From Aquabacterium sp. A7-Y (GTDB lineage Bacteria; Pseudomonadota; Gammaproteobacteria; Burkholderiales; Burkholderiaceae_C), in the NCBI RefSeq assembly GCF_026153205.1, contig NZ_JAPFBW010000026.1, forward strand, positions 32,315 to 96,314: a stretch of DNA of 64,000 nt, read 5' to 3'. Position 1 is the first letter of the stretch. Every line of letters starts with the position of its first letter. Positions 8,115 to 16,789 of this stretch are shown here, in pieces. Both the position numbers and the translations under genes were made by a program. Under the pieces are notes generated by a model, which was not told the DNA's origin, ran no database searches, and worked only from the letters and a program-made list of their open reading frames with translations.

Positions 8115-10241
8115 ATGAGCCGCGCCACCCTCAGCCAGCAGTGCCGCGATGCCGGCGACGCCTACTTTATGGCCATGGAGGCCCTGGGGCATGACGTGGG
8201 CATCGAGCTGCGCTGCACCCTGCGCCAGCCCGTGGATCTGGACCTGGCGCTGGCGGCCTTCGAGGCGCTGCTGCGCCGCTATCCGGCGCTGCGCGTGCGG
8301 CGCCAGCCCGACGCGCACGGCGAGGGCTGGTCCTGGCAGGCCCTGGACGAGGCCGGCGCGCTGGCGCTGTGGGAGCGCCAGGCCCGTGCCCTGCGCGATG
8401 GCCAGGCCGGTCCGGCCCTGGGCGAGGGCCTACCCTTGCTGCTGGTGGACCTGCAGGAGCGCACCCTGGTGTTCCGGTCCGACCACACCTTTGCCAATGG
8501 CCGCGCGGCCTTTGCCTGGATCGCCCGCTTCCTCGAACTGCTGCATGGCGAGCAGCCGGCAGCCCTGGCCGGCGCGCCGGCGGCCCGCGGGCCCGTGGCC
8601 TCGCTGCCGCGGGCGCTGGCGCAGTTCATGCGCCAGTCCTGGGCCCGGCGCAGCCTGGGGGCCCATCGGCGCGACCCCGGTGCGCGGCTGCGTCCGGCCG
8701 GGCCGCAGGAGGCCGGCTGGGTGAGCCGCGAATGGACCGTGCCCCTGGCCTCGCTGGAGGCCCTGCTGCAGGGTCATGGCCTGGGCAAGGGCGCGGGCTG
8801 GACGCAGGCGCTCAGCGAGGCGCTGTCCCAGCACCTGCTGGCCAGCCTGCCCGAGCTGCCGGGGCTGCCGCTGCAATGGGCCATCGATCTGCACGAGGCC
8901 TGCGGAGAACCCGTGACAGCCCAGGGCAACTACACGGCCCTGGTCAGCGCCTATGTGGGACGCGAGCACAGCCAGGCACAGCTGGAGCGCCTGATGCAGG
9001 ACGTGCGCCAGGGCCTGGGGCCCGCGCAGGCGCGGCTGATCCAGTTGCAGGCCGCCCGGCGGCCGGCCATGATCCGCTGGTTCTGCCAGAACCTGTGGCC
9101 GCGGCCGGACGGCGCGCCCCGGGCCGCGGCCATGGATCCCGTGCTGACCCTGTCCAATGTGGGCCAGCTGCAGGAGCCGGCCTTCGAGCAGTGGGTGGAC
9201 AAGGCCTCGTTGTGGACCCGCACGCCCTCCGTCTACCTCTCCTGCACGACGGTGGGCGCCCAGGCGACGCTGGCCCTGAGCTTCCCGCGCCAGCTCTTTG
9301 ACGAGGCCCGCCTCTGTGCCAGCCTGGAGGCCTGGGTGGCCCTTGTGCAGCAGCGCAGGGGAGCTGACGAGCATCCGGCCACGGCCCTTGCCGAGGAGCA
9401 TCCGCTGATGCCCCGCCACTTCCAGCTGGACCTGCAGCGCGGCCTGCCGCTGCACTGGAACGGCAGCCCCTTCCGCAGCCAGTTCTTCAATTCCGTGTCC
9501 CTGCTGCTGCCGGCCGGGGAGCGCTGGATCATCGACACGGTACGGCGCACCATCGAGACCCTGCCCGAGCCCCTGCGCAGCGAATGGAGCAGCTACGGGC
9601 GCGACTTTATCGCCCAGGAGTCCATCCACCGGGCCCTGCACCGCAAGTACAACGAGCAGACCACGGCCCAGGGGCTGCAGGACTGGATAGGCGGCAAGGT
9701 GGAGGAGCGCATCACCTGGGGCGAGAAGGGCACGCCCATCAACCAGCTGGCCTCCTCGGTGACCTTCGAGTACATCACGACGCTGTTCTGCACCCGCGTG
9801 ATCCGCGACCCGTCCTGGCTGGACGGGGCCGACCCGCAGATGGCCCGCCTGTGGCTGTGGCATGTCTGCGAGGAGCTGGAGCACAAGCATTTCGTGCTGG
9901 ACCTGTTCCGGGCCGCGGGCGGCGGCGAGTTGCGCCGTATCGCCTGGTTCATCTGGTTCTCCAGCTCCTTCATGAAGGACCTGCACTACCAGCTCTACCT
10001 GTCCCTGCGCGGCAGCGGCCTGCTGTGGCGCTGGCGCACCTGGCGCGATGCCGCGGTCTTCTACTTCGGCCGGCGCGGCATGACCTGGCTCTTCATAGGC
10101 GGCAGCCTGCGATTCCTCAGTCCCTGGTTCCGCCATCCCGAGGGTCCCGAGGACAGGCTGGCGCGGCAGTGGTTCCAGAGCAATCCGACGGCCTTCGTGG
10201 AAGGGCGCGCGGTCCCCTCGGCCGCAGGCAGCCGGGCATGA
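8115..10241 (+). CDS. two-domain protein: condensation/WS-DGAT-like acyltransferase N-domain (HxxxNG variant) fused to a PF10118 metal-dependent hydrolase domain
   Basis: N-domain has SDHTFANG in place of HHxxxDG. The C-domain is clearly paralogous to the 5243-6091 product (FFNSVSLLLP...GQESIHRALH...WHVCEELEHKHF). Confidence 0.65.
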   Translation: MSRATLSQQCRDAGDAYFMAMEALGHDVGIELRCTLRQPVDLDLALAAFEALLRRYPALRVRRQPDAHGEGWSWQALDEAGALALWERQARALRDGQAGPALGEGLPLLLVDLQERTLVFRSDHTFANGRAAFAWIARFLELLHGEQPAALAGAPAARGPVASLPRALAQFMRQSWARRSLGAHRRDPGARLRPAGPQEAGWVSREWTVPLASLEALLQGHGLGKGAGWTQALSEALSQHLLASLPELPGLPLQWAIDLHEACGEPVTAQGNYTALVSAYVGREHSQAQLERLMQDVRQGLGPAQARLIQLQAARRPAMIRWFCQNLWPRPDGAPRAAAMDPVLTLSNVGQLQEPAFEQWVDKASLWTRTPSVYLSCTTVGAQATLALSFPRQLFDEARLCASLEAWVALVQQRRGADEHPATALAEEHPLMPRHFQLDLQRGLPLHWNGSPFRSQFFNSVSLLLPAGERWIIDTVRRTIETLPEPLRSEWSSYGRDFIAQESIHRALHRKYNEQTTAQGLQDWIGGKVEERITWGEKGTPINQLASSVTFEYITTLFCTRVIRDPSWLDGADPQMARLWLWHVCEELEHKHFVLDLFRAAGGGELRRIAWFIWFSSSFMKDLHYQLYLSLRGSGLLWRWRTWRDAAVFYFGRRGMTWLFIGGSLRFLSPWFRHPEGPEDRLARQWFQSNPTAFVEGRAVPSAAGSRA

Positions 10242-11563
10242 GCGAGGCCGCGCACTGGCAGGCGCCGCCGCACGCCCCGCAGGCCATGGGCTGGCGGGAC
10301 GTGACCTGGCTGCGCATGGACGCGCCCTGCAACCGCATGGTCATCCACTGGGTGGCCTTCCTGGAGCAGTCCCCCAGCCTGGCCCAGTTGCACGAGCTGG
10401 TGGGCCGGCGCCTGCTGGCCTATCCCCGCTTCGCGCAGCGGGTCCGGCGCGGCCTGCTGGGCTACCGCTGGGAGCCCGTGGCGAGCCTGGATCCCGCCTA
10501 CCACCTGCAGGAGCGCGTGCTGCCGCAGGCCGTGGATGCCGCGGCGGTGGAGGCCAGCCTCGCCGACTGGGTGCCGGAGGCGTTGGACCCGCAGCGGCCA
10601 CTGTGGCAGTGGCGGCTGCTCCGATCCAGTACGGACGGGACGGCGGCACTGATCGTCCGACACCACCACTGCATGACGGACGGCGACGGCCTGGTGCATA
10701 TGCTGCGCCACCTCAGTGACGGCGCCCGGCAGGCCGTGGGCCACCCGCGCCTGGAGGACCCCGTCCGCGGTCGCTGCCGCCATGTACCGCCGCCATCGGC
10801 CCTGGGTTCGGCCCTGTCGCGCTGGCTGGGCACGGCCTGGCAGGTGCTGCGCCTGAGTCTGCTGCGACGGGACTCCAGGATGCACTACAGAGGTCGACCC
10901 GGGCGACAGAAGTGCCTGATGAGCAGCCCTTCGTTGCCTTTGGACCAGTTCAGGCAGGTGGCCCGTCGTCACGGCGTTACCATCAACGACGTTTGGCTGG
11001 GCGTGGTGGCCGGCGCGCTGCGTCGGCACGCGCAAACGCTTGGCTGGAGTGTCGACGACACGCAGCTGCGCGCTGCCGTCACCTACAACCTGAGGCAGCG
11101 CGAAGATGCCGCCATGATGGGCAACCACTTCACGCTGACGGCCCTCGCCCTGCCGACACACTTGGCAGAGGCCGGGCAGCGGCTGAGAGCGGTGAGTCAG
11201 GGCATGCAGGCAATCAAGACGTCCTGTCACCCCTATGCCACTCTGGCGCTCATGACGTGCATGGGCTGTTTGCCGCGCTTTCTGCAGAGCCTGGCAATGG
11301 GACTCTTCACGAGCAAGGGCTCCCTGGTGTCGACGAACTTGCAGGGGCCAGCCGAGCACCGCTACCTAGCGGGCGCTCGGATCCGCGAGTTTCACTGTTG
11401 GGTTCCTCAGACTGGGCACACGGCGCTGGGTCTGATGCTGAGCACCTATGCCGGTCAGGCAGTGATGAGCGTGTCCTGCGACGCGAAGCTGGTGCCTCAG
11501 CCAGGACTGCTGCTGTCGGCGCTCCAGGAAGAGCTACGGTTGCTGCTGGTCGCGGCGACATAA
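10238..11563 (+). CDS. wax ester synthase / diacylglycerol acyltransferase family (WS/DGAT)
   Basis: HHHCMTDGDG (HHxxxDG) motif. About 440 aa. ATGA overlap with the upstream gene. Confidence 0.75.
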   Translation: MSEAAHWQAPPHAPQAMGWRDVTWLRMDAPCNRMVIHWVAFLEQSPSLAQLHELVGRRLLAYPRFAQRVRRGLLGYRWEPVASLDPAYHLQERVLPQAVDAAAVEASLADWVPEALDPQRPLWQWRLLRSSTDGTAALIVRHHHCMTDGDGLVHMLRHLSDGARQAVGHPRLEDPVRGRCRHVPPPSALGSALSRWLGTAWQVLRLSLLRRDSRMHYRGRPGRQKCLMSSPSLPLDQFRQVARRHGVTINDVWLGVVAGALRRHAQTLGWSVDDTQLRAAVTYNLRQREDAAMMGNHFTLTALALPTHLAEAGQRLRAVSQGMQAIKTSCHPYATLALMTCMGCLPRFLQSLAMGLFTSKGSLVSTNLQGPAEHRYLAGARIREFHCWVPQTGHTALGLMLSTYAGQAVMSVSCDAKLVPQPGLLLSALQEELRLLLVAAT

Positions 11564-11755
11564 GTTGCGCAGCCTGGTATACGTCCTTGCGGAAAGCGTC
11601 CAAGCGGCCCACGTTGCCCGGCATCGCGTCGTCGTTGAAGCAGCCCTGGACCACGGGCCGCAGCCAGCGGCCAACCAAAGGGATCGGCCCGTGCATGCGA
11701 GACAGCAGCGCCTGTCGAATCGCCTCGAGGCTGGCGCGCCGTTGCGAGTCTGTCC

Positions 11756-12346
11756 TCAGCGCACGCGCTGCCGGCGGCGGGCCGCGAGGCCGACGCCCGC
11801 CAGGCCGGCCAGCATCAGCGCATAGGTCTCGGGCTCCGGCACGGCAGCCGTGACCTTGATCGACGAATAGTCGCCCAGTTCTGTCACACCCTGCAGGTGC
11901 AGCATCATGGTGCCGTCGAAGGACGCGGCGGTCACGCCCGAGCCGGTGATGGTCCACACCGCCTGGTCTGTCGACAGGAAGCGGTCGGAACCCGGCTTGT
12001 TGCTGGTCGGAAAGGCGATTTCCCAGTCGAAGTCATAGGACGCGTTGACATGCGCGCCATAGACCGGGGCTTTCTTCACCGCGTTGCCGCTGACGGCGCC
12101 GACGCTACCTTGCGGACCGTTGAATTCGATCCGGCTCAGAAAACTGGCGTTGCCCAGGCTGGCGAAGTCGCCCTGCAAGGTGAACCGAGCGCCGCCGGCG
12201 ACGTCTTCAACCGTCAGGGTCGCGAGCGGCTGGACCTGCTCGCCGCCCACCAGTTGGGTAAAGCTATAGGTGTAGCTGGCGGCCTGGGAAGTACCGGCCG
12301 CGGTGAGGGCCAAAGCCGAAACCGCAGCGTAAAGCATTGCCTTCAT
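11756..12346 (-). CDS. PEP-CTERM sorting-domain secreted protein
   Basis: N-terminal signal peptide. C-terminal VPEPETYALMLAGLAGVGLAARRRQ. GGAAGGA RBS. Confidence 0.75.
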   Translation of the reverse strand: MKAMLYAAVSALALTAAGTSQAASYTYSFTQLVGGEQVQPLATLTVEDVAGGARFTLQGDFASLGNASFLSRIEFNGPQGSVGAVSGNAVKKAPVYGAHVNASYDFDWEIAFPTSNKPGSDRFLSTDQAVWTITGSGVTAASFDGTMMLHLQGVTELGDYSSIKVTAAVPEPETYALMLAGLAGVGLAARRRQRVR

Positions 12347-12625
12347 CGGGGATCCTTCCTGAGGAAACATGGGAAATGGTCCCGACAATTATCGGGGCGA
12401 GCAACACGCCCTCATCGTAAGAATCCGTGGCGAACCGCAACTGTTGGCAGGAGCCGACAGCGTGGGGCAGGCCCGTACTCCCTCGATCTGCACTCCTAGG
12501 GATGGCTTCGCCTCAAGGCCCTCCGGCATGCTGCGGCCTTGCACGTGCAGCTTCGATGTTTCCCGAGCGCCGGCTTCGGCGCCGGCGTGGCTCCTTCATT
12601 TCGACACTTTCCTTTTCAAGAAGTC

Positions 12626-13801
12626 ATGATGAGAAATCATTACCAGGGAAAAACGATTCTGATCACCGGCGCGACCGGCTTTATCGGTTCGGTGCTGCTG
12701 CAGACCCTGCTGACGAAGCTGCCGGGGCTCAGGAAGGTGTACTGCCTCTACCGAAACGCTCCGAGTCTTCAGGACCCGCGCGTCACCTGGATCCGGGGCA
12801 ACACCTCGGAGCCTGCGTGGGGCCTCGGCGAAGACACGCTGAACCGCCTTCGTGAAGAGGTGCACTTCATCTTTCATCTTGCGGCCCACACGCGCTGGGA
12901 CCTCGGGCTGCGCGACCAGGTGCTTGCGAACACCCTCCCCAGCCTGTACGCGGCCGAGCTTGCCGCCAGCTGCAAGCAGCTGGAAAGCTGCGTGATCACG
13001 TCGAGCTATTGGGCCGCCTGCCACATCAAGGGCAGCTCGCAGATCGCCGAGACGGTGTTCCAGGACTATCGCGGCGAAGCGGAACTGGCCGAGATCCTGT
13101 CCAGCCCGTCCAAGGCCCGCCTCGCGGAATGGCCCAATGCCTACTCCTATGCGAAGAACCTCGCGGAGCGGCTGGTCCATCAGCGCTATCCGCAGCTGCC
13201 GGTCGTCATGGCGCGCGTCACGTCGGCCTGCGGAGCGTGGCAGTTCCCGTTCCGTGGCGCGTGCCGCTACGACAATGCCTTGCCGGCCTTCTTGCGGTCG
13301 ATCGCGCTGGGCGGGGTGCGCGCCTTCCCCGAAAGCATGCGCTTGGCGATCAATGACGCCATTCCGGTCGACCTGTGCGTCAATCTTCTACTGGCGAACG
13401 CCATCGAGCATGCCGGCGGCAGTTTCACGGTCATCCACTGCTCGTCCGCCAAGCAGAACCTGCCGCGCCTGGGTGCCATCGCGGAGATGGCCGGGCCGAT
13501 CGACTATCACCCGACTTATGACGACCTCTATGCCGCCTTGTCGGAACTGGACAACCCGCGGGTGGCCAAGCTCAACCGGCTGATCGTGGACACCTACCGG
13601 TTGGCGCTGGAGGAAAAGTACGTCTTTCTCGACAGCCATGCCAGGCGCCCCTTGCGCTGGATGAGCGCCGAGGACCAGGCGCTCTTCCCGATCGACGTGA
13701 ACGGCGTGGACTGGTCCGAGCTGATCGTCAGCATGATCGATCGCATGAAAGCCGCGACCCGGGAGGTCCCGACCGGCCCGCGGCAAGGTATCGCCGCCTG
13801 A
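12626..13801 (+). CDS. fatty acyl-CoA/ACP reductase-like NAD(P)-binding protein (male-sterility/FAR domain)
   Basis: ILITGATGFIGSVLL Rossmann motif and FAR-like layout. Confidence 0.7.
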   Translation: MMRNHYQGKTILITGATGFIGSVLLQTLLTKLPGLRKVYCLYRNAPSLQDPRVTWIRGNTSEPAWGLGEDTLNRLREEVHFIFHLAAHTRWDLGLRDQVLANTLPSLYAAELAASCKQLESCVITSSYWAACHIKGSSQIAETVFQDYRGEAELAEILSSPSKARLAEWPNAYSYAKNLAERLVHQRYPQLPVVMARVTSACGAWQFPFRGACRYDNALPAFLRSIALGGVRAFPESMRLAINDAIPVDLCVNLLLANAIEHAGGSFTVIHCSSAKQNLPRLGAIAEMAGPIDYHPTYDDLYAALSELDNPRVAKLNRLIVDTYRLALEEKYVFLDSHARRPLRWMSAEDQALFPIDVNGVDWSELIVSMIDRMKAATREVPTGPRQGIAA

Positions 13802-13846
13802 AGCGGGGATGGCGCCGCAGTACCGGGCCACGCCGGCGCCCCCCGG

Positions 13847-15127
13847 TCAACGGGCCGGCCGCCGCTGCTCGGCGAGCAGCGCCCGCTCCGTCTCCAGCGC
13901 CCGGGCCAGGGCGGCCTGTCCGCTGGACCGGGCAGCGGCGATCAGTGTCTGGTCGAGCAGGTCGCGCTGCGCATGGCTGCCGCCGAAGCGGTGCGCGCGG
14001 TGGCGAATCGGGCGCAGCAGCTCCACCGTGCGCGCGGGCTGTCCCGCCACGAACGCGAGGACGGCCTGCGTCGCCGGCGCACCGACCTCGCGAAGGAAAC
14101 CCGCATTGTCGTCGTCCCGCTGCAGCGCTTCGGCTTGCGTCCGCAGCAACGTGTTCACCGCGTCTTCGCGGCCAGCGCAGGCGAAGGCCATCGCTGCATG
14201 CAGGTCGTTGAAGGCGTAGTTGCCGCTCGCCGCTGCCGGCGCCCAGCGCTCGGCCAGCGATTGCCAGCGAGTGCCGACGTCCACACCGCGCAGCTGCAGC
14301 CGCCAAAGCAGTGCACAGCCGTCGAGCAGCTCCATCACCAGTGTCGGCTGGTGCCCGTCGATGGGGCCATCGAAGATCTCCAGCACCGCATCGTGGTCGC
14401 CCTGCTCCAGGTGGTACAGCGCGAGGTGCCACCAGTTGTGGACGGCGAGAAAGCTGTCTCGCTGCCAGGCCGGGTTGCCGCGCATCCACGCGATGCCTTC
14501 GTCGCGCCGGCCCTGCATCTCCATCACGTGCGCCACCGCATGCTGCGCCCAGGCGTCCGCCGCCTCGAGCGCTACCGCCTCGCGACCCAGGCGCTCGGCA
14601 CGCGGGTAGTCGCCGGTTTCCTCCAGGCCGAAGGCGTACATGCCGAGCACCGCGTGGTAGCCCGGCAAGCTCGGGCTCCACTCGGGGAAGGCCCGGGCGA
14701 TGCGGTCGCGCAGCATGCGCGAGTCGCCGGTGAAGAAGTCCAGCTGCTGGCCCACCTGCAGCGCGAGCGCGTCGCGCGGACAGTCGACGCTCAGGTCCTC
14801 CAGCGTGCGCGCGGCGCCGCGCCACTGCCCGTTACAAAGCAGCTCGATGGCGCGCAGGTGGTACGCCTCGCGCTCGTTGTGCGGCAAGGCCAGGGCCGTC
14901 GCACAGGCGTCGCGGGCTACGGGCAGCGCAGCGGCCTCGGTGCCCAGCAGGTGCAGCCAGGCACGCAGCACATGTCCCATGACCAGCTCGGGGGACGCCG
15001 CAAGGGCGGCATCGACCGTCGCGACAGGATCGCCGGAAAAGCAGCGCAGTTCGTGCTGCCCGCGTTCGAGCAGGTCCAGTGCCTTGGTGTTGCAGCCGGA
15101 CAGTTCATGGTCGGTGGCGTCTTTCAT
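13847..15127 (-). CDS. TTC38-like tetratricopeptide repeat protein
   Basis: TPR-like helical repeats over 426 aa. GGAGGG RBS. The 581-aa ORF in the track is an N-terminal over-extension. Confidence 0.6.
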   Translation of the reverse strand: MKDATDHELSGCNTKALDLLERGQHELRCFSGDPVATVDAALAASPELVMGHVLRAWLHLLGTEAAALPVARDACATALALPHNEREAYHLRAIELLCNGQWRGAARTLEDLSVDCPRDALALQVGQQLDFFTGDSRMLRDRIARAFPEWSPSLPGYHAVLGMYAFGLEETGDYPRAERLGREAVALEAADAWAQHAVAHVMEMQGRRDEGIAWMRGNPAWQRDSFLAVHNWWHLALYHLEQGDHDAVLEIFDGPIDGHQPTLVMELLDGCALLWRLQLRGVDVGTRWQSLAERWAPAAASGNYAFNDLHAAMAFACAGREDAVNTLLRTQAEALQRDDDNAGFLREVGAPATQAVLAFVAGQPARTVELLRPIRHRAHRFGGSHAQRDLLDQTLIAAARSSGQAALARALETERALLAEQRRPAR

Positions 15128-15238
15128 GTCTCTTGCCCTCCAAGGTTCAAGCGCGGGTCGCGCCCAGACAGTGACATGATGCGGAGGGCGCAGCGATGCA
15201 CTAAAGTCATCTCGGCAAGAAACCGGACATTTCCGCCA

Positions 15239-16306
15239 ATGCCGACCCCATCTGCCCTCGTTTCGGACGCCCCCCTCACGGTGGCGCTGCTCGCGGTACC
15301 GGATAGCACCGCGTCGACCTTGTTCGGCCTGTATGACCTCTTGATCAGCGCGCGGCGCGACTGGCAGATGCTGATGCACCGCGTCGAGGCCGCGGCGCCG
15401 CTGCGGCCGCTGATCGTGAGCCGCGACGGACAGCCGCTGCAGGCGGCGAACGGCGTCAACATCCATCCGCATGCCGGCTTCGATGACGGCATCCAGCCCG
15501 AGGTGGTCGTCATCACGGACCTGATGGTCCCGCCCTGGCAAACACTGGGCGACCGGTACGAGGTGGAGGCGCAGTGGATGCGCCGCCAGCACGCACGCGG
15601 CGCGACGCTCGCCTCGGCCTGTTCGGGTGCCGTGCTGCTGGCGCGCACGGGCCTGCTGGCCGGACAGGAGGCGACCTCACACTGGGGCTACTGCGATGCC
15701 CTCGCGCGCGAACATCCCGACACCCGCTGGCTGCCCGACAAGGCGCTGGTGACGAGCGGTGTCGGCCAGCGCCTGGTGATGGCGGGCAGCGGCACCAGCT
15801 GGCATGCCTTGGCGCTGTTCCTGATCGCGCGCTACGTCGGCGCCGAAGAAGCGATGCAGGTGGCCCGCCTCAACCTGCTGGACTGGGACACGACAAGCCC
15901 GCTCGCTTATGCCGCCATGGCGCGCACGACCCAGTTGGCCGACCCGGCCATCGGCCGCTGCCAGGAATGGGCGGCGCAGCACTACGACAGCGAGGCGCCA
16001 GTGGCAGCCATGGTGCAGATGAGCGGACTGCCGGAGCGGACCTTCCAGCGGCGTTTCGTGCAGGCCACCGGGCTGACGCCGCTCGACTATGTGCACACCT
16101 TGCGGCTCGAAGAGGCCAAGCAGATGCTGGAAGCCGGGGACTTGGCCATCGAGTCGATCGCGCTGGAGGTGGGCTACCAGGATGCGAGCTTTTTCGGCCG
16201 GCTGTTCCGGCGCAAGCTCGGTCTGACGCCGGCGCAGTACCGGCGGCGTTTCGGAGCGCTGGCGCGCCGGCTGGCGAGGGCGGCGCGGGCACAAGGCCCG
16301 GGTTGA
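15239..16306 (+). CDS. GlxA-family transcriptional regulator (DJ-1/PfpI domain plus AraC HTH)
   Basis: DJ-1-like N-domain with nucleophile Cys (ASACSGA). AraC-type HTH at the C-terminus. The 777-aa track ORF is an artefact. Confidence 0.8.
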   Translation: MPTPSALVSDAPLTVALLAVPDSTASTLFGLYDLLISARRDWQMLMHRVEAAAPLRPLIVSRDGQPLQAANGVNIHPHAGFDDGIQPEVVVITDLMVPPWQTLGDRYEVEAQWMRRQHARGATLASACSGAVLLARTGLLAGQEATSHWGYCDALAREHPDTRWLPDKALVTSGVGQRLVMAGSGTSWHALALFLIARYVGAEEAMQVARLNLLDWDTTSPLAYAAMARTTQLADPAIGRCQEWAAQHYDSEAPVAAMVQMSGLPERTFQRRFVQATGLTPLDYVHTLRLEEAKQMLEAGDLAIESIALEVGYQDASFFGRLFRRKLGLTPAQYRRRFGALARRLARAARAQGPG

Positions 16307-16411
16307 AAAGCCTGGATGGTCCGCAGCGGTTCCGCCAGTGGGCACTGGTTGCGTCAGAATGATGGCCCCGCGCTCTACGCACGGGACTGAAAAACTCGCG
16401 GTAGTGAAAAC

Positions 16412-16747
16412 ATGAAGTACTTCGGACACAACGCCCTCACGGCGGTCCTTGTCACCGTCCTGGCCGGCTGCGCAAGCGCGCCCCCGTTGAGTGAGGCCGG
16501 CGCGAGGGTCCGCGCCGTCACCGCCGAACAAGCGAAACAATGCAAGTTCGTGAAAACCGTCCAGTACACCGATCGGATTCTGGGCATGGGCAAGGACCCG
16601 ACCGTGATGCGAGCCATCGGCGAGACCAACCTTCGCAACGAAGTCGGTTTGACGGGCGCCAACGCCTTCGTGGTCACCAAAAACGACAGCAACTGGTTCC
16701 TTGGGAACGTCGACTATCAGGCCGAAGCCTTCACCTGTCCTTCCTGA
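16412..16747 (+). CDS. small lipoprotein (DUF4156-like)
   Basis: Signal peptide with LAGC lipobox. 111 aa. Confidence 0.6.
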   Translation: MKYFGHNALTAVLVTVLAGCASAPPLSEAGARVRAVTAEQAKQCKFVKTVQYTDRILGMGKDPTVMRAIGETNLRNEVGLTGANAFVVTKNDSNWFLGNVDYQAEAFTCPS

Positions 16748-16789
16748 GTCTGCTCGTGCCGCGCCTGTTCGAGGGCGAAATCGGCGCGC

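Noticed and set aside
7871-8117. Possibility that the 63-bp repeats are a CRISPR array
   Set aside because: The units are directly contiguous with no spacers. There are only 4 copies, no cas genes, and each unit contains the RBS and start of the next gene.
6754-8118. 454-aa plus-strand ORF overlapping the AlkB-like gene in another frame and running through the tandem repeats
   Set aside because: Pro/Arg/Gly/Ala-rich alternate-frame artefact. Only its last 63 codons (the repeat-encoded uORF) are discussed as a finding.
8430-10136. 568-aa minus-strand ORF antisense to the condensation-PF10118 fusion gene
   Set aside because: Same reasoning: a low-complexity antisense frame. The plus-strand product has a recognisable paralog.
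12490-12560. GC hairpin CGCCGGCttcggcGCCGGCG in the 5' leader of the FAR gene as a terminator or attenuator
   Set aside because: No adjacent U-tract. Such GC palindromes are common in this genome, so I lack enough evidence to call a riboswitch or attenuator.
13973-16306. 777-aa plus-strand ORF spanning the antisense of the TTC38-like gene and running into the GlxA regulator gene
   Set aside because: The upstream 420 codons are a GC-driven open frame antisense to a well-supported minus-strand gene. The real gene starts at ATG 15239 with a GlxA-type N-terminus.
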